From: an uncultured Alphaproteobacteria bacterium
GTDB taxonomy: Bacteria > Pseudomonadota > Alphaproteobacteria > Sphingomonadales > Govanellaceae
Length of the DNA: 64,000 nt
Assembly: GCA_963746725.1 (NCBI GenBank)
Contig: CAVVCF010000007.1
Coordinates: 169,979-233,978, forward strand
Direction: 5' to 3'
Part shown: piece after piece, positions 36,757 to 45,877 of the stretch
Layout of the letters: each line of letters opens with the position of its first letter
Numbering within the stretch: the first letter of the stretch is position 1
Translations under genes and position numbers: made by a program
Notes under the pieces: generated by a model
What the model was told of the DNA's origin: nothing
Databases searched by the model: none
What the model saw: the letters and a program-made list of their open reading frames with translations, nothing else

Positions 36757-38015
36757 ACGAGAAGGGGCTAAGCGACGATTGTTTCGCCATTGGCGACGCG
36801 CTGATACCCCTGGACGAGGCCCTTGGCCGCCTTCGCGCCCGGTTGAGCGCAGTGGTGGGTGTCGAGCAAATCTCCCTTGGGGAAGCAGCGGGCCGGGTGC
36901 TCGCCGTGGAGGTCCGCGCCTGCCGTGACGTACCGGCCTTTGATAATGCGGCGGTGGACGGATTTGCCTTCGCTCACCGTGATATGGCGAAGGAAGGCGA
37001 GACGCGTTTGCCATTGTATGGGGTGGCGCGCGCCGGTGCGGCCATGTCCGAGCCGCTGGCGGCGGGCACGGCGGCGGAGGTCTTTACCGGCGCGCCGCTA
37101 CCGGCGGGCGCGGATACCGTGGTGATGATCGAGGACACCCGGCGCGACGGCCACGCGGTGATTTTTCCGGCGGGCGTGAAGCCGGGCACCAATGTGCGCC
37201 GGGCCGGGGAGGACATGACCGCGGGCGCGGTTGCGCTCGAGCCCGGGAAACGCTTGCGGCCCCAGGATCTGGGCGTGATTGCCGCGACTGGCTTGGCCAA
37301 GGTTGCAGTGTGCGAACGGCTGAGGGTTGCGATCTTTTCGACCGGCAATGAACTCGTCGAGCCCGGCGAAGTGCTGGAAATCGGCGGCGTCTACGACGCA
37401 AACCGCCCGATGCTGCGGGCGATCCTCCAAGGCTGGGGGTTTTCGGTGACCGATCTTGGCATTTTGCCAGACGAGCCTGCCCGCATCCGTGCAGCGTTGG
37501 AACAAGCCGCGGCAAGCCACCACGTCATCCTGTCTTCGGGTGGCGCATCGAAAAGCGCGGAAGACCATGTGGTCCGCGTGGTCGGCGATCTGGGCCGGCT
37601 CGATTTCTGGCGGATTGCGGTCAAACCGGGCCGGCCGATGGCGTTCGGGCGCTTGGGCCGTGCCGCCTATGTCGGCCTGCCAGGCAATCCGGTGGCCGCT
37701 GCCGTCTGTCTGTTGCGGATCGCGCGCCCGGCCCTGTTTACGCTTGCCGGGGCCGGTTGGATGGACCCTGTGCCGTATCCGCTGCCCGCCGGGTTCGCCA
37801 TGACCAAGAAGCCCGGACGGCGGGAATTCATCAGGGGCTCTGCCGCGCGCGGGAAGGATGGGCGCGTAATAGCCCAACGCTTCGCGCGTCAGGGTTCGGG
37901 CATTCTGACCTCGCTCACGGCCGGCAACGGTCTCATTGAATTACCTGAGGACCTGACCCGGGTGGAGGTCGGCGACCCCGTCGACTTTATTCCCTATTCG
38001 GACCTGCTGGCCTGA
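36753..38015 (+). CDS. moeA: Molybdopterin molybdotransferase
   Basis: ATG at 36753 forms an ATGA overlap with the tupA stop. MNEKGLSDDCFAIGDALIPLDEAL...VFTGAPLPAGADTVVMIED...SGGASKSAEDH...KPGRPMAFG are MoeA hallmarks. ORF-track entry 36135..38015 is a read-through artefact that joins it to tupA. Confidence 0.88.
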   Translation: MNEKGLSDDCFAIGDALIPLDEALGRLRARLSAVVGVEQISLGEAAGRVLAVEVRACRDVPAFDNAAVDGFAFAHRDMAKEGETRLPLYGVARAGAAMSEPLAAGTAAEVFTGAPLPAGADTVVMIEDTRRDGHAVIFPAGVKPGTNVRRAGEDMTAGAVALEPGKRLRPQDLGVIAATGLAKVAVCERLRVAIFSTGNELVEPGEVLEIGGVYDANRPMLRAILQGWGFSVTDLGILPDEPARIRAALEQAAASHHVILSSGGASKSAEDHVVRVVGDLGRLDFWRIAVKPGRPMAFGRLGRAAYVGLPGNPVAAAVCLLRIARPALFTLAGAGWMDPVPYPLPAGFAMTKKPGRREFIRGSAARGKDGRVIAQRFARQGSGILTSLTAGNGLIELPEDLTRVEVGDPVDFIPYSDLLA

Positions 38016-38989
38016 GCTTTTTGCGCAAGTTTGACCAAGAGCTTGTCGGCGACGCCGGGCTTGCTCCACGGACAGGCGGCAAGACAGACGGCGCAGCCCG
38101 CCGTTTCGTTGAAGTAGGGCAGGCAGCGGTCGAAATCCACGTACCACTTGCGTGCGCCGCGCACCAACTGCTTTTCCTCGAATATAGCCTGCGGCGGGCA
38201 GGCGTTTGAACAGGCCTGACAGCGGGTGCAGAATTCGTCGGCCCCAAATTCAATGGGCGCGTCGGCGACAAGCGGCAGGTCGGTCGCCACCGCGGCCAGC
38301 CGGAACGACGATCCGAGTTCGGGGTGGATCATCGAACCGTGCTTGCCCAGTTCGCCAAGACCCGCCGCGATGGCCGCCGGGATCAGCGTGACGGATTCCG
38401 CCATTGGCCCGGCCATGGGCTCCGCCCGGTAGCCCCGGTCACGGATCCAGTTGGTCACACCTTTCGCAATTTTGTTGGCGCGGGCGTACTGGTCGACGAC
38501 TTCGGCCCCGGCGATGACATCCGGCGCCTGGCTCAGTTTGACGTAATCCATGGCGACCGCGAACACCACCAGCCACGGCAGATCGACGGTACAGTCTTCG
38601 AACACCCAGTCGGGCGACAGCGTGGCAATACCAACGTCCTCAGCGCTGAGGCGGCGGATTTCCGCCTTGACGGCGTCAGCGGCAGCGGCCGGCGCCGTGG
38701 CGGTCTTTTCGTCGGCGACGCCGACCAGGGGCTCATCGAGAATTGGCTTACGTCGCGCCTGAGCCGCCTTCAATTCGGGCGCGGAGTTGCGTTCGTAGAA
38801 ATAGAGTTGCAGCCGCCCGTGCGCGGTTTTCTCAGGGTCCCACCAGTAGACATGTGACGGCCGGCGCCCGGTTGTCTCGCCCAGTCCATTGACGGCGTTT
38901 CCCGAAATGTCGGGCCAAAGCGCCATCTGCTCCGCCGGTGGTTCAAAGCGGGGACTCCATGCTCTCGTTCGTTTCTGCTTTTCCGGCAT
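37994..38989 (-). CDS. 4Fe-4S dicluster protein of the QueG / reductive-dehalogenase-like superfamily
   Basis: C-terminal CTRCQACSNACP and CAVCLAACP cluster motifs. Preceding ...LIPAAIAAGLGELGKHGSMIHPELGSSFRLAAV... resembles the QueG/RdhA core. Confidence 0.65.
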   Translation of the reverse strand: MPEKQKRTRAWSPRFEPPAEQMALWPDISGNAVNGLGETTGRRPSHVYWWDPEKTAHGRLQLYFYERNSAPELKAAQARRKPILDEPLVGVADEKTATAPAAAADAVKAEIRRLSAEDVGIATLSPDWVFEDCTVDLPWLVVFAVAMDYVKLSQAPDVIAGAEVVDQYARANKIAKGVTNWIRDRGYRAEPMAGPMAESVTLIPAAIAAGLGELGKHGSMIHPELGSSFRLAAVATDLPLVADAPIEFGADEFCTRCQACSNACPPQAIFEEKQLVRGARKWYVDFDRCLPYFNETAGCAVCLAACPWSKPGVADKLLVKLAQKAQASRSE

Positions 38990-39113
38990 AAGTCGCTCGG
39001 TTGTTGTTACCAGGCACTGCTCGGGGTAAGCTTACCAGAGATCGCGGAAAAATCTTATGGCCCGTTTTCCGCGTTACAGTGAGGGGCCGGTTCAAATTAT
39101 TTTGTCTTTCGGC

Positions 39114-39142
39114 TTGACCAGCAGTAAAGCGGTTTCTACATA
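39114..39142 (+). promoter_or_regulatory. Candidate sigma70-type promoter upstream of the SQR gene
   Basis: TTGACC (39114-39119), 17-nt spacer, TACATA (39137-39142), about 115 nt upstream of the GTG start. Pattern match only. Confidence 0.3.
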
Positions 39143-39256
39143 ACCATAGTGTATTATTGGGTGTCAACTTACCTCGGATCCGGCGCCGGTGGCTTACCAG
39201 TGTGACCGATAAGCCGGGCCTCTGCCAACGCCTGAATTGGAAAGGAAACCTCCCCC

Positions 39257-40969
39257 GTGACCAAATTCGCCAAGCTCAGCCCGTCCTATTCCGTCGCCGC
39301 CCAGATAACGCCGGCGGATGTGGAAGCTGCCGCCGCCGCGGGATTTAGATCGATCATCAACAATCGCCCCGACGGCGAGGCCGAGGAACAACCGCCCGGA
39401 GCGGAGATAGCGGCTGCTGCCGAACAGCACGGTCTCGAATACCGGGAAATCCCGGTGGTCTCCGGCAAGCTGACAGAGGGAAATGTTGAGGATACCCAGG
39501 TCGCGCTGGCGGAGCTCAGGGGACCGATACTGGCCTATTGCCGGTCGGGCACGCGGTCGGCGACGTTGTGGGCGCTCGCCCAAGCGGAGCATCTGTCGCC
39601 CGACAGTATCCTTAACGCCGCGGGTGAGGCCGGCTATGACCTTGGTGGTCTGCGTGGGCACCTCGAAGCCGCGTGGAGCGGGGCATCCGCCGAGGCAGCA
39701 AAACCAAAAGCGGCCGGGGCCGACTATGACGTGGTCATTGTGGGCGGTGGCTGCGCCGGGATTTCTGTGGCCTCGGGTCTTCTCAAAAAAGCCAACAAAC
39801 TCCGTATCGCCATTATCGAGCCCAAGGAAGATCACTACTATCAGCCGTCGTGGACTCTGGTCGGCGGCGGTGTCTTCGATTTCGACAAAAGCAAGCGCCC
39901 GGAGAAGGGCCTGATCCCCGCCGGCGCCAAATGGCTTCATGCCGCGGCCGCCAGTTTCGACCCCGATGGCAACATGGTGACGCTGGAAGATGGCGAGGTG
40001 ATCGGTTACCGGGCGCTGGTGGTCTGTCCCGGTATCAAGCTCGATTGGGACGGTGTCGAAGGGCTCAAGGAGACGCTCGGTAAAAACGGCGTTACCTCAA
40101 ATTATATGGTGGATATGTCGCGCTACACCTGGTCGCTCGTGCAAAACCTGAAATCCGGTAGAGCGATCTTCACCCAGCCGCCAATGCCGATCAAATGCGC
40201 CGGCGCGCCCCAGAAGGCCATGTACCTGTCGTGCAGCTACTGGGAGAAGGAGGGCGTGCTCAAGGACATCCATGTGGAGTTTGACAACGCCGGCGGGGTT
40301 CTGTTCGGCGTTCAAACCTTCGTCCCGCCCTTGATGGAATACGTCAAGCGCTATAACGCGGAGCTCTGTTTCAACGCCAATCTCAAGAAGGTGGACGGTC
40401 CGGCGAAAAAGGCCTGGTTCGAAGTGACGGACAAGGATGGGGGCAAGTCCCTGGTGGAGAAGTCCTTCGACATGCTCCATGTCTGCCCGCCGCAGACCGC
40501 GCCGGATTTCATCAAGGCAAGCCCGCTGGCGGATGCGGCGGGCTGGGTCGAAGTGGACCAGGTCACGCTCCAGCATGTCCGCTACGAAAATGTCTTCTCT
40601 CTGGGCGATGCCTGTTCCGCGCCCAATGCCAAGACCGCGGCGGCGGTGCGCAAACAGGCTCCGACCGTGGTGCGCAACCTGCTCGCCATGTTTGGCGGAG
40701 AAAGTCTGCGCGCGGTCTACGACGGCTATGGTTCATGCCCGCTGACGGTGGAGCGGGGCAAGGTGATCCTCGCCGAATTCGGCTATGGCGGCGAGCTGCA
40801 ACCCACATTCCCGCTGGATCCCGCCAAGCCGCGCTGGATCTGGTGGATATTGAAGGCGAAACTTCTTCCCTATATTTACTGGGAGCTCCTGCTCAAAGGG
40901 CGAAACTGGCTTGCCGAGCCCAAGATGCGATCGAAGGCCGACGCGGCAAGCGATGACCAGAAGCGGTAA
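39257..40969 (+). CDS. sqr: DUF442 (sulfurtransferase/phosphatase-like) - sulfide:quinone oxidoreductase fusion
   Basis: The N-terminal 140 aa or so (...AAQITPADVEAAAAAGFRSIINNRPDGE...AYCRSGTRS...) match DUF442/TIGR01244-type. The rest has ...YDVVIVGGGCAGISVA..., ...YYQPSWTLVGGG..., ...PIKCAGAPQK..., ...SLGDACS..., like type II (SQRDL-like) SQR. Confidence 0.85.
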   Translation: MTKFAKLSPSYSVAAQITPADVEAAAAAGFRSIINNRPDGEAEEQPPGAEIAAAAEQHGLEYREIPVVSGKLTEGNVEDTQVALAELRGPILAYCRSGTRSATLWALAQAEHLSPDSILNAAGEAGYDLGGLRGHLEAAWSGASAEAAKPKAAGADYDVVIVGGGCAGISVASGLLKKANKLRIAIIEPKEDHYYQPSWTLVGGGVFDFDKSKRPEKGLIPAGAKWLHAAAASFDPDGNMVTLEDGEVIGYRALVVCPGIKLDWDGVEGLKETLGKNGVTSNYMVDMSRYTWSLVQNLKSGRAIFTQPPMPIKCAGAPQKAMYLSCSYWEKEGVLKDIHVEFDNAGGVLFGVQTFVPPLMEYVKRYNAELCFNANLKKVDGPAKKAWFEVTDKDGGKSLVEKSFDMLHVCPPQTAPDFIKASPLADAAGWVEVDQVTLQHVRYENVFSLGDACSAPNAKTAAAVRKQAPTVVRNLLAMFGGESLRAVYDGYGSCPLTVERGKVILAEFGYGGELQPTFPLDPAKPRWIWWILKAKLLPYIYWELLLKGRNWLAEPKMRSKADAASDDQKR

Positions 40970-40978
40970 TAACCAGCC

Positions 40979-42790
40979 ATGGCGTTGCGTCGTTTGATAC
41001 CAGCCGGGGAGTGGCTCAAGGGCTACGGACGGGCCAATTTCCAGGGCGACTTTCTGGCCGCGGTCATCGTCACAATCATGTTGATTCCCCAGGGCCTGGC
41101 CTACGCCATGCTTGCCGGGCTGCCGCCCGTGGTCGGCCTCTACGCCAGTATCCTGCCGCTGGTAGCTTATGCGGTGTTCGGCACCAGCCGGACCCTGGCG
41201 GTGGGCCCCGTTGCCATCATCTCTCTGATGACTGCTGCGGCAGCGGGCATGGTCGCCGAACCGGGCACTGCCGAATATATTGCGGCGGCAGTGGCGCTGG
41301 CGGTCCTCTCGGGCGCCGTTCTTGTGGCCATGGGTGTCTTGCGGCTGGGCTTTGTGGTCAATTATCTGAGCCACCCGGTGCTTTCCGGTTTTATTTCCGC
41401 CTCGGCGATCCTGATTGCGGTCAGCCAGCTCAAATACATCCTGGGTGTCAAGGCGTCGGGCCATTCGGTGGTGGAAATTTCCGCCTCGCTGGCCGCCCAT
41501 CGCACAGAAATCAACATCCCGACGGTCCTGCTCGGGACGCTCGTCATCGTATTCCTGTTCTGGGCGCGCTCTCGGCTGAAACCGCTTCTGATCCGTCTCG
41601 GTACGGACGCACGCTTTGCCGGCATTATCGCCAAGGCCGGGCCGGTGATCGCCGTCATTGCCACCATTTGCGTGGTGGCGGTCTCAGGCCTTGGGGCCGC
41701 CGGCGTACACACCGTCGGCACGATTCCCAAGGGCTTGCCGCCGCTCTCGTTGCCGAGGCTCGATGGCGAGTGGCTGTTGACCCTGTTGCCCGCTGCAGTG
41801 CTTATCAGTCTGATCGGGTTTGTCAGTTCGGTGTCGGTCGCCCAGACCTTGGCCGCCAAACGCCGTCAGCGCATCGATCCGGACCAGGAACTGGTGGCGC
41901 TTGGCGTGTCCAATCTGGCTGCCGGGTTCACCAGCGGCTTTCCGGTGACAGGCGGGTTCGCCCGTTCGGTGGTGAATTTCGATTCCGGCGCGGAAACGCC
42001 GCTCGCCGGCGTCATGACCGCAGTGGGGATCGCGCTGATTGCCAGGTTCATGACGCCGCTCTTTTATGACCTGCCCGAGGCAACGCTTGCCGCCACGATC
42101 ATTGTCGCAGTCCTCTCGCTCGTCGATGTCAAGGCCATGGTGCGAACCTGGCGATACTCCAAAACCGATTTCGCCGCCATGGCTGTGACGATCGTGGTGG
42201 TCCTTGCCGTCGGGGTCGTCGCCGGGGTCCTTGCCGGGGTCGCAACGTCCGTCTTTTTCTTCCTGTGGCATTCGAGCCGGCCCCATATGGCGATTGTGGG
42301 ACAGGTGCCGGGGACCGAGCATTACCGCAACATTCTGCGCCATCACGTGGTCACCAGCGAGAAGGTCCTGACCGTCCGCGTTGACGAAAGTCTGTATTTT
42401 GCAAACGCGCGTTATCTTGAAGACGCCATCGCCCGCCTTGTGGCCGAGCATCCGACAGTGACGGACGTGGTGTTGATGTGCCCGGCGGTCAATTACATCG
42501 ACGCCAGCGCGCTCGAATCGCTTGAAGCCATCATCGAGCGGCTGGACCATGCGGGCGTGCGATTCCACCTGTCGGAGGTCAAGGGGCCGGTCATGGACAA
42601 GCTGATCCGGGTGAACTTCCTCGACCGGCTGACCGGCGAGGTATTCCTCAGTCAGCACGCGGCCATGGCGGAACTTGACCCGGACGTGACGGGAGCGGCC
42701 GACGCCGGCAAGCACCCACAGATGAAGATGCCCAACCACCATGGACCGGAACAGAATATGGAAGGAGCGCAGCATGACCACCAATCCTGA
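40979..42790 (+). CDS. SulP-family anion (sulfate/sulfite-type) permease with C-terminal STAS domain
   Basis: ...DFLAAVIVTIMLIPQGLAYAMLAGLPPVVGLYASILP... is the SulP signature. The STAS region has ...VLTVRVDESLYFANA...VVLMCPAVNYIDASALESL.... Confidence 0.9.
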   Translation: MALRRLIPAGEWLKGYGRANFQGDFLAAVIVTIMLIPQGLAYAMLAGLPPVVGLYASILPLVAYAVFGTSRTLAVGPVAIISLMTAAAAGMVAEPGTAEYIAAAVALAVLSGAVLVAMGVLRLGFVVNYLSHPVLSGFISASAILIAVSQLKYILGVKASGHSVVEISASLAAHRTEINIPTVLLGTLVIVFLFWARSRLKPLLIRLGTDARFAGIIAKAGPVIAVIATICVVAVSGLGAAGVHTVGTIPKGLPPLSLPRLDGEWLLTLLPAAVLISLIGFVSSVSVAQTLAAKRRQRIDPDQELVALGVSNLAAGFTSGFPVTGGFARSVVNFDSGAETPLAGVMTAVGIALIARFMTPLFYDLPEATLAATIIVAVLSLVDVKAMVRTWRYSKTDFAAMAVTIVVVLAVGVVAGVLAGVATSVFFFLWHSSRPHMAIVGQVPGTEHYRNILRHHVVTSEKVLTVRVDESLYFANARYLEDAIARLVAEHPTVTDVVLMCPAVNYIDASALESLEAIIERLDHAGVRFHLSEVKGPVMDKLIRVNFLDRLTGEVFLSQHAAMAELDPDVTGAADAGKHPQMKMPNHHGPEQNMEGAQHDHQS

Positions 42791-43643
42791 CGTGAAAGGG
42801 TTCTTCGATCCCGATACGTTCACCATTTCCTATGTTATTTCCGATCCCGCGACGAACAAGGCGGCGATTCTCGACTCCGTCCTCGATTTCGATCCCAAGT
42901 CCGGGCGCACCGCGACCAAATCCGCGGACGACGTGCTGGCTTATATGAAGGAGAAGAGGCTTGATGTGGAATGGATCCTGGAGACCCACGCCCATGCCGA
43001 TCACCTGAGCGCCGCGCCCTACCTCAAGGACAAGCTGGGCCAGGGCAAGGTCGCCATTGGCGAGCATATAACGACGGTCCAGGAAACGTTCAAAAAGGTG
43101 TTTAACGCCGAGCCTGCCTTTGCCACGGACGGCAGCCAGTTTGACCACCTGTTCCGGGATGGCGAGACGTTCAAAATCGGCAATCTGGAGGCCCGGGTGA
43201 TGCACACCCCCGGTCATACGCCGGCCTGTCTCAGCTATGTGATCGGCGACGCGGTATTCGTCGGCGACACCCTGTTCATGCACGATTATGGCACCGCACG
43301 CTGCGACTTCCCGGCGGGGGACGCGGCGACGCTTTACCGTTCGATCCAGAAGATTTTTGCACTCCCGGACGACACCCGCATGTTCCTCTGCCATGATTAT
43401 CAGCCGGGCGAGCGGGAGCCCGCGTGGGAGACCACGGTCGGCGAACAGAAGGCCAAAAACATCCATATCCACGAGGGCGTCAGCGAGGCCGAGTTCGTTC
43501 GCATGCGGACCGAGCGCGACAAGACACTCGACATGCCGGTGCTGATCCTGCCGTCGGTACAGGTCAACATGCGCGCCGGTCACCTGCCCCCGGCGGAGGA
43601 CAACGGCGTGGTTTACCTGAAGCTGCCGGTGGACCTTCTTTGA
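42774..43643 (+). CDS. MBL-fold persulfide dioxygenase (ETHE1/Blh-like)
   Basis: ATG at 42774 follows gaaggag. ...ILETHAHADHLSAAPYL... (HxHxDH), ...MHTPGHTPAC..., ...GDTLFMHDYGTARCDFPGG-like segment. Confidence 0.8.
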   Translation: MTTNPDVKGFFDPDTFTISYVISDPATNKAAILDSVLDFDPKSGRTATKSADDVLAYMKEKRLDVEWILETHAHADHLSAAPYLKDKLGQGKVAIGEHITTVQETFKKVFNAEPAFATDGSQFDHLFRDGETFKIGNLEARVMHTPGHTPACLSYVIGDAVFVGDTLFMHDYGTARCDFPAGDAATLYRSIQKIFALPDDTRMFLCHDYQPGEREPAWETTVGEQKAKNIHIHEGVSEAEFVRMRTERDKTLDMPVLILPSVQVNMRAGHLPPAEDNGVVYLKLPVDLL

Positions 43644-43782
43644 TAACGGCCATTTTATTCTCATAGTGTGAGAAATTCCTCAGGAGAGCCAGTTGACGAT
43701 TTTGTGCGGGCTGAGACATTGTCATCGCAAATCATGAGGCCCCGGCCGTGTGCGGCGAACTCGGGTAAACAGAGAGGACGAC

Positions 43783-44613
43783 ATGGCAAAGGTCGACAAC
43801 AAGGCCATCGAGGCGGCGGCGAAAAAGCTGCGGGACGCACGCGAGACGGGCAAGCCCTGCGCGCCCTTAAACAAGGACATTCCGGCCGATGACCTCGAGG
43901 CCGGCTACGCCATCCAGGATATCAACACCGACCTCTGGATTGCTGATGGTCGCAGACTGGTGGGCCGCAAGACCGGCCTGACGGCGAAAGCCGTCCAGAA
44001 CCAGCTCGGCGTTGACCAGCCGGACTACGGCATGCTGTTTGCCGATATGGCTTATGGGGATGGGGAGGAAATTCCCATGTCCCGCCTCATTCAGCCCAAG
44101 ATCGAAGGCGAGATCGCGTTCGTGCTTGGCCGCGACCTCGACCGGGAGGGGCTTACCCCGGCCGATGTGATGAGCGCGGTGGATTATGCGGTTGCCGCGT
44201 TCGAAATTGTCGATAGCCGAATCGCAGACTGGCAGATCAAGATTATGGACACCATCGCAGACAATGCGTCGTCGGGGCTCTATGCGCTGGGCTCGGAGCC
44301 CCGGACGCTCGGCTCATTTGACCCGTGGGCCTGCGGCATGGTGATCGAGCACAAGGGAGAGCTGGTGTCTATAGGCACCGGCGCCGCCTGTCTCGGAAAT
44401 CCGCTGACCGCAACCCTTTGGCTTGCCCGCAAGATGGTCGAGGTGGGCCGCCCCCTCAAAGCCGGTGACACCATCCTCTCCGGCGCGCTTGGCCCCATGG
44501 TGCCGGTAACGCCGGGGGGCGCCTATGAACTCAGAATCTCGGGGCTTGGCTCGGTCAGGACGATATTTTCGATACCGTCAGGGATTCGTAATTGGTCGAT
44601 GAAAATCCTGTGA
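43783..44613 (+). CDS. 2-keto-4-pentenoate hydratase family (MhpD/FAH-fold) protein
   Basis: ATG at 43783 follows gagagga. ...GYAIQDI...GRKTGLTAKAVQNQLGVDQPDYGMLF...EGEIAFVLG...GDTILSGALGPM... is the hydratase/decarboxylase family pattern. Confidence 0.75.
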   Translation: MAKVDNKAIEAAAKKLRDARETGKPCAPLNKDIPADDLEAGYAIQDINTDLWIADGRRLVGRKTGLTAKAVQNQLGVDQPDYGMLFADMAYGDGEEIPMSRLIQPKIEGEIAFVLGRDLDREGLTPADVMSAVDYAVAAFEIVDSRIADWQIKIMDTIADNASSGLYALGSEPRTLGSFDPWACGMVIEHKGELVSIGTGAACLGNPLTATLWLARKMVEVGRPLKAGDTILSGALGPMVPVTPGGAYELRISGLGSVRTIFSIPSGIRNWSMKIL

Positions 44614-44703
44614 CCCAGGTCACAGCGGGCGCCTCAGGGTTCTCTTATTCTTCGTTTCATCCCGCCAATGGTGGCGGGTCTTTGAGATGAAAGGAGAGGA
44701 CCT

Positions 44704-44808
44704 ATGTTCAGGAAAGAGGAAGCGGCGGGCCAATTGTTCGTTACCAGCGTGGTCGGTTTCGGGTTTTATGCCGCCCTGGTGGCTCTGCTCAGCCTGCCAA
44801 TCATTTGA
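44704..44808 (+). CDS. Candidate 34-aa single-TM hydrophobic peptide
   Basis: Strong SD aaggagagga lies 5 nt upstream of ATG 44704. Product is MFRKEEAAGQLFVTSVVGFGFYAALVALLSLPII. It is below the ORF-track cutoff and is followed by a long hairpin at 44890-44922. Confidence 0.35.
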   Translation: MFRKEEAAGQLFVTSVVGFGFYAALVALLSLPII

Positions 44809-44889
44809 GGTCGGATTCGTGCTCTGCGCCCAAACCCTTGCGGTGCACCATCCGGAGCCCCATATGACGGACACTCTTGAATACCACTC

Positions 44890-44922
44890 AAACGCCGGAT
44901 CGGCCTTGCCGGTTCGGCGTTT
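44890..44922 (+). terminator. Long hairpin (15 bp including G-U pairs, 3-nt loop) downstream of the small ORF
   Basis: aaacgccggatcggc-ctt-gccggttcggcgttt. The stem ends in TTT followed by gtctct, so it is only a weak intrinsic-terminator candidate. Confidence 0.35.
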
Positions 44923-45134
44923 GTCTCTCCGGGAACCGCAAAAAGAAGGGACGGCTTCATATGCGGGGTCTGGACCGCATACAACACCGCCCCTCAAGCC
45001 GCCACGTCGTCCCAAGTGCTCGTGATTTGGGGCATACGTGACAAAAGTTCCCTCTAAAGACTGATGGCGTTTTACTCGCCGTAACCAGTTTGGTCAATAC
45101 CATTTGTATCGATTGTGCTGCTATAGCCATCGCT

Positions 45135-45852
45135 ATGACGGGGGTCACCAAAGAGGATATAGCCCAACGGCTCAGGGCTTCGCGGATACGCGCCGGCTAC
45201 TCCAGCGCGGCCCGTTTCGCAGAGCGTATTGGCGTTAGCGATGTTACCTATCGTAGCCATGAAAATGGACTGCGCGGCCTCCCCTATGAAACCGCGGCTC
45301 GATACGCCCGCGCGCTCAGGATTTCTCTGGCCTGGTTGCTGACCGGGGAGGGAGCGGCAGAGGGTGTTGATCTTGCGTATCTCAATCCGCTGACGGTGAC
45401 CCAGTTTGTCGAGACCGGACGATGGGTGGCGCGCCCGGATCTGGATCCCGCTGAAACTTATCTGATCGGTTGGCCTGACGGGGGTCGCGTACAAGTCATT
45501 GAGGGCGCTCGCGGTGCGCGATAACAGTATGGACCAGGTGTTTGTCGCTGGCGACAGCTGATCGTCTGCGCGGTTGACTGGACAAGCGGGGTTTGGCGCT
45601 GGAAATCTTATTATCGTCCAGCGCCGCTCCGCCGATGGTCTGGTGGAGCGCGATGGCGCGCGGATATGAAGTCGACAGTCGGAGGGCAGGTCTGGCTAGT
45701 GCCTTATTCGACCGATCAGGACTATCGATGCGATCAGACTGCCGGCCAAGCGGGAGCGAATCACCAGAGGGCACCGGCGAATTATCGAAACCGAGATTAT
45801 CGGCCTTGTGGTCGGCATATTCCCCAAGCATCCGCCGCGCTATCGCCGCTGA
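45135..45852 (+). pseudogene. Decayed phage CI/LexA-type repressor (XRE HTH + S24 peptidase remnants)
   Basis: An intact HTH (...IAQRLRASRIRAGYSSAARFAERIGVSDVTYRSHENG...) lies in the frame of ORF 45090..45524. S24-like blocks continue in shifted frames: ALAVRDNSMDQVFVAGDS then in-frame TGA at 45559, GNLIIVQRRSADGLVE, GGQVWLVPYSTDQDY, and EIIGLVVGIFPKHPPRYRR* ending at 45852. Confidence 0.6.
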
Positions 45853-45877
45853 CGCTAGCCCTCGGCTGAGGTCGCCT

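Noticed and set aside
36135-38015. 626-aa ORF suggesting a single large TupA-MoeA fusion protein.
   Set aside because: The first 470 nt are the out-of-phase middle of tupA. A stretch (about 36610-36752) then has no similarity in this frame, while the alternative frame gives the TupA C-terminus ending at TGA 36754-36756. MoeA starts at ATG 36753.
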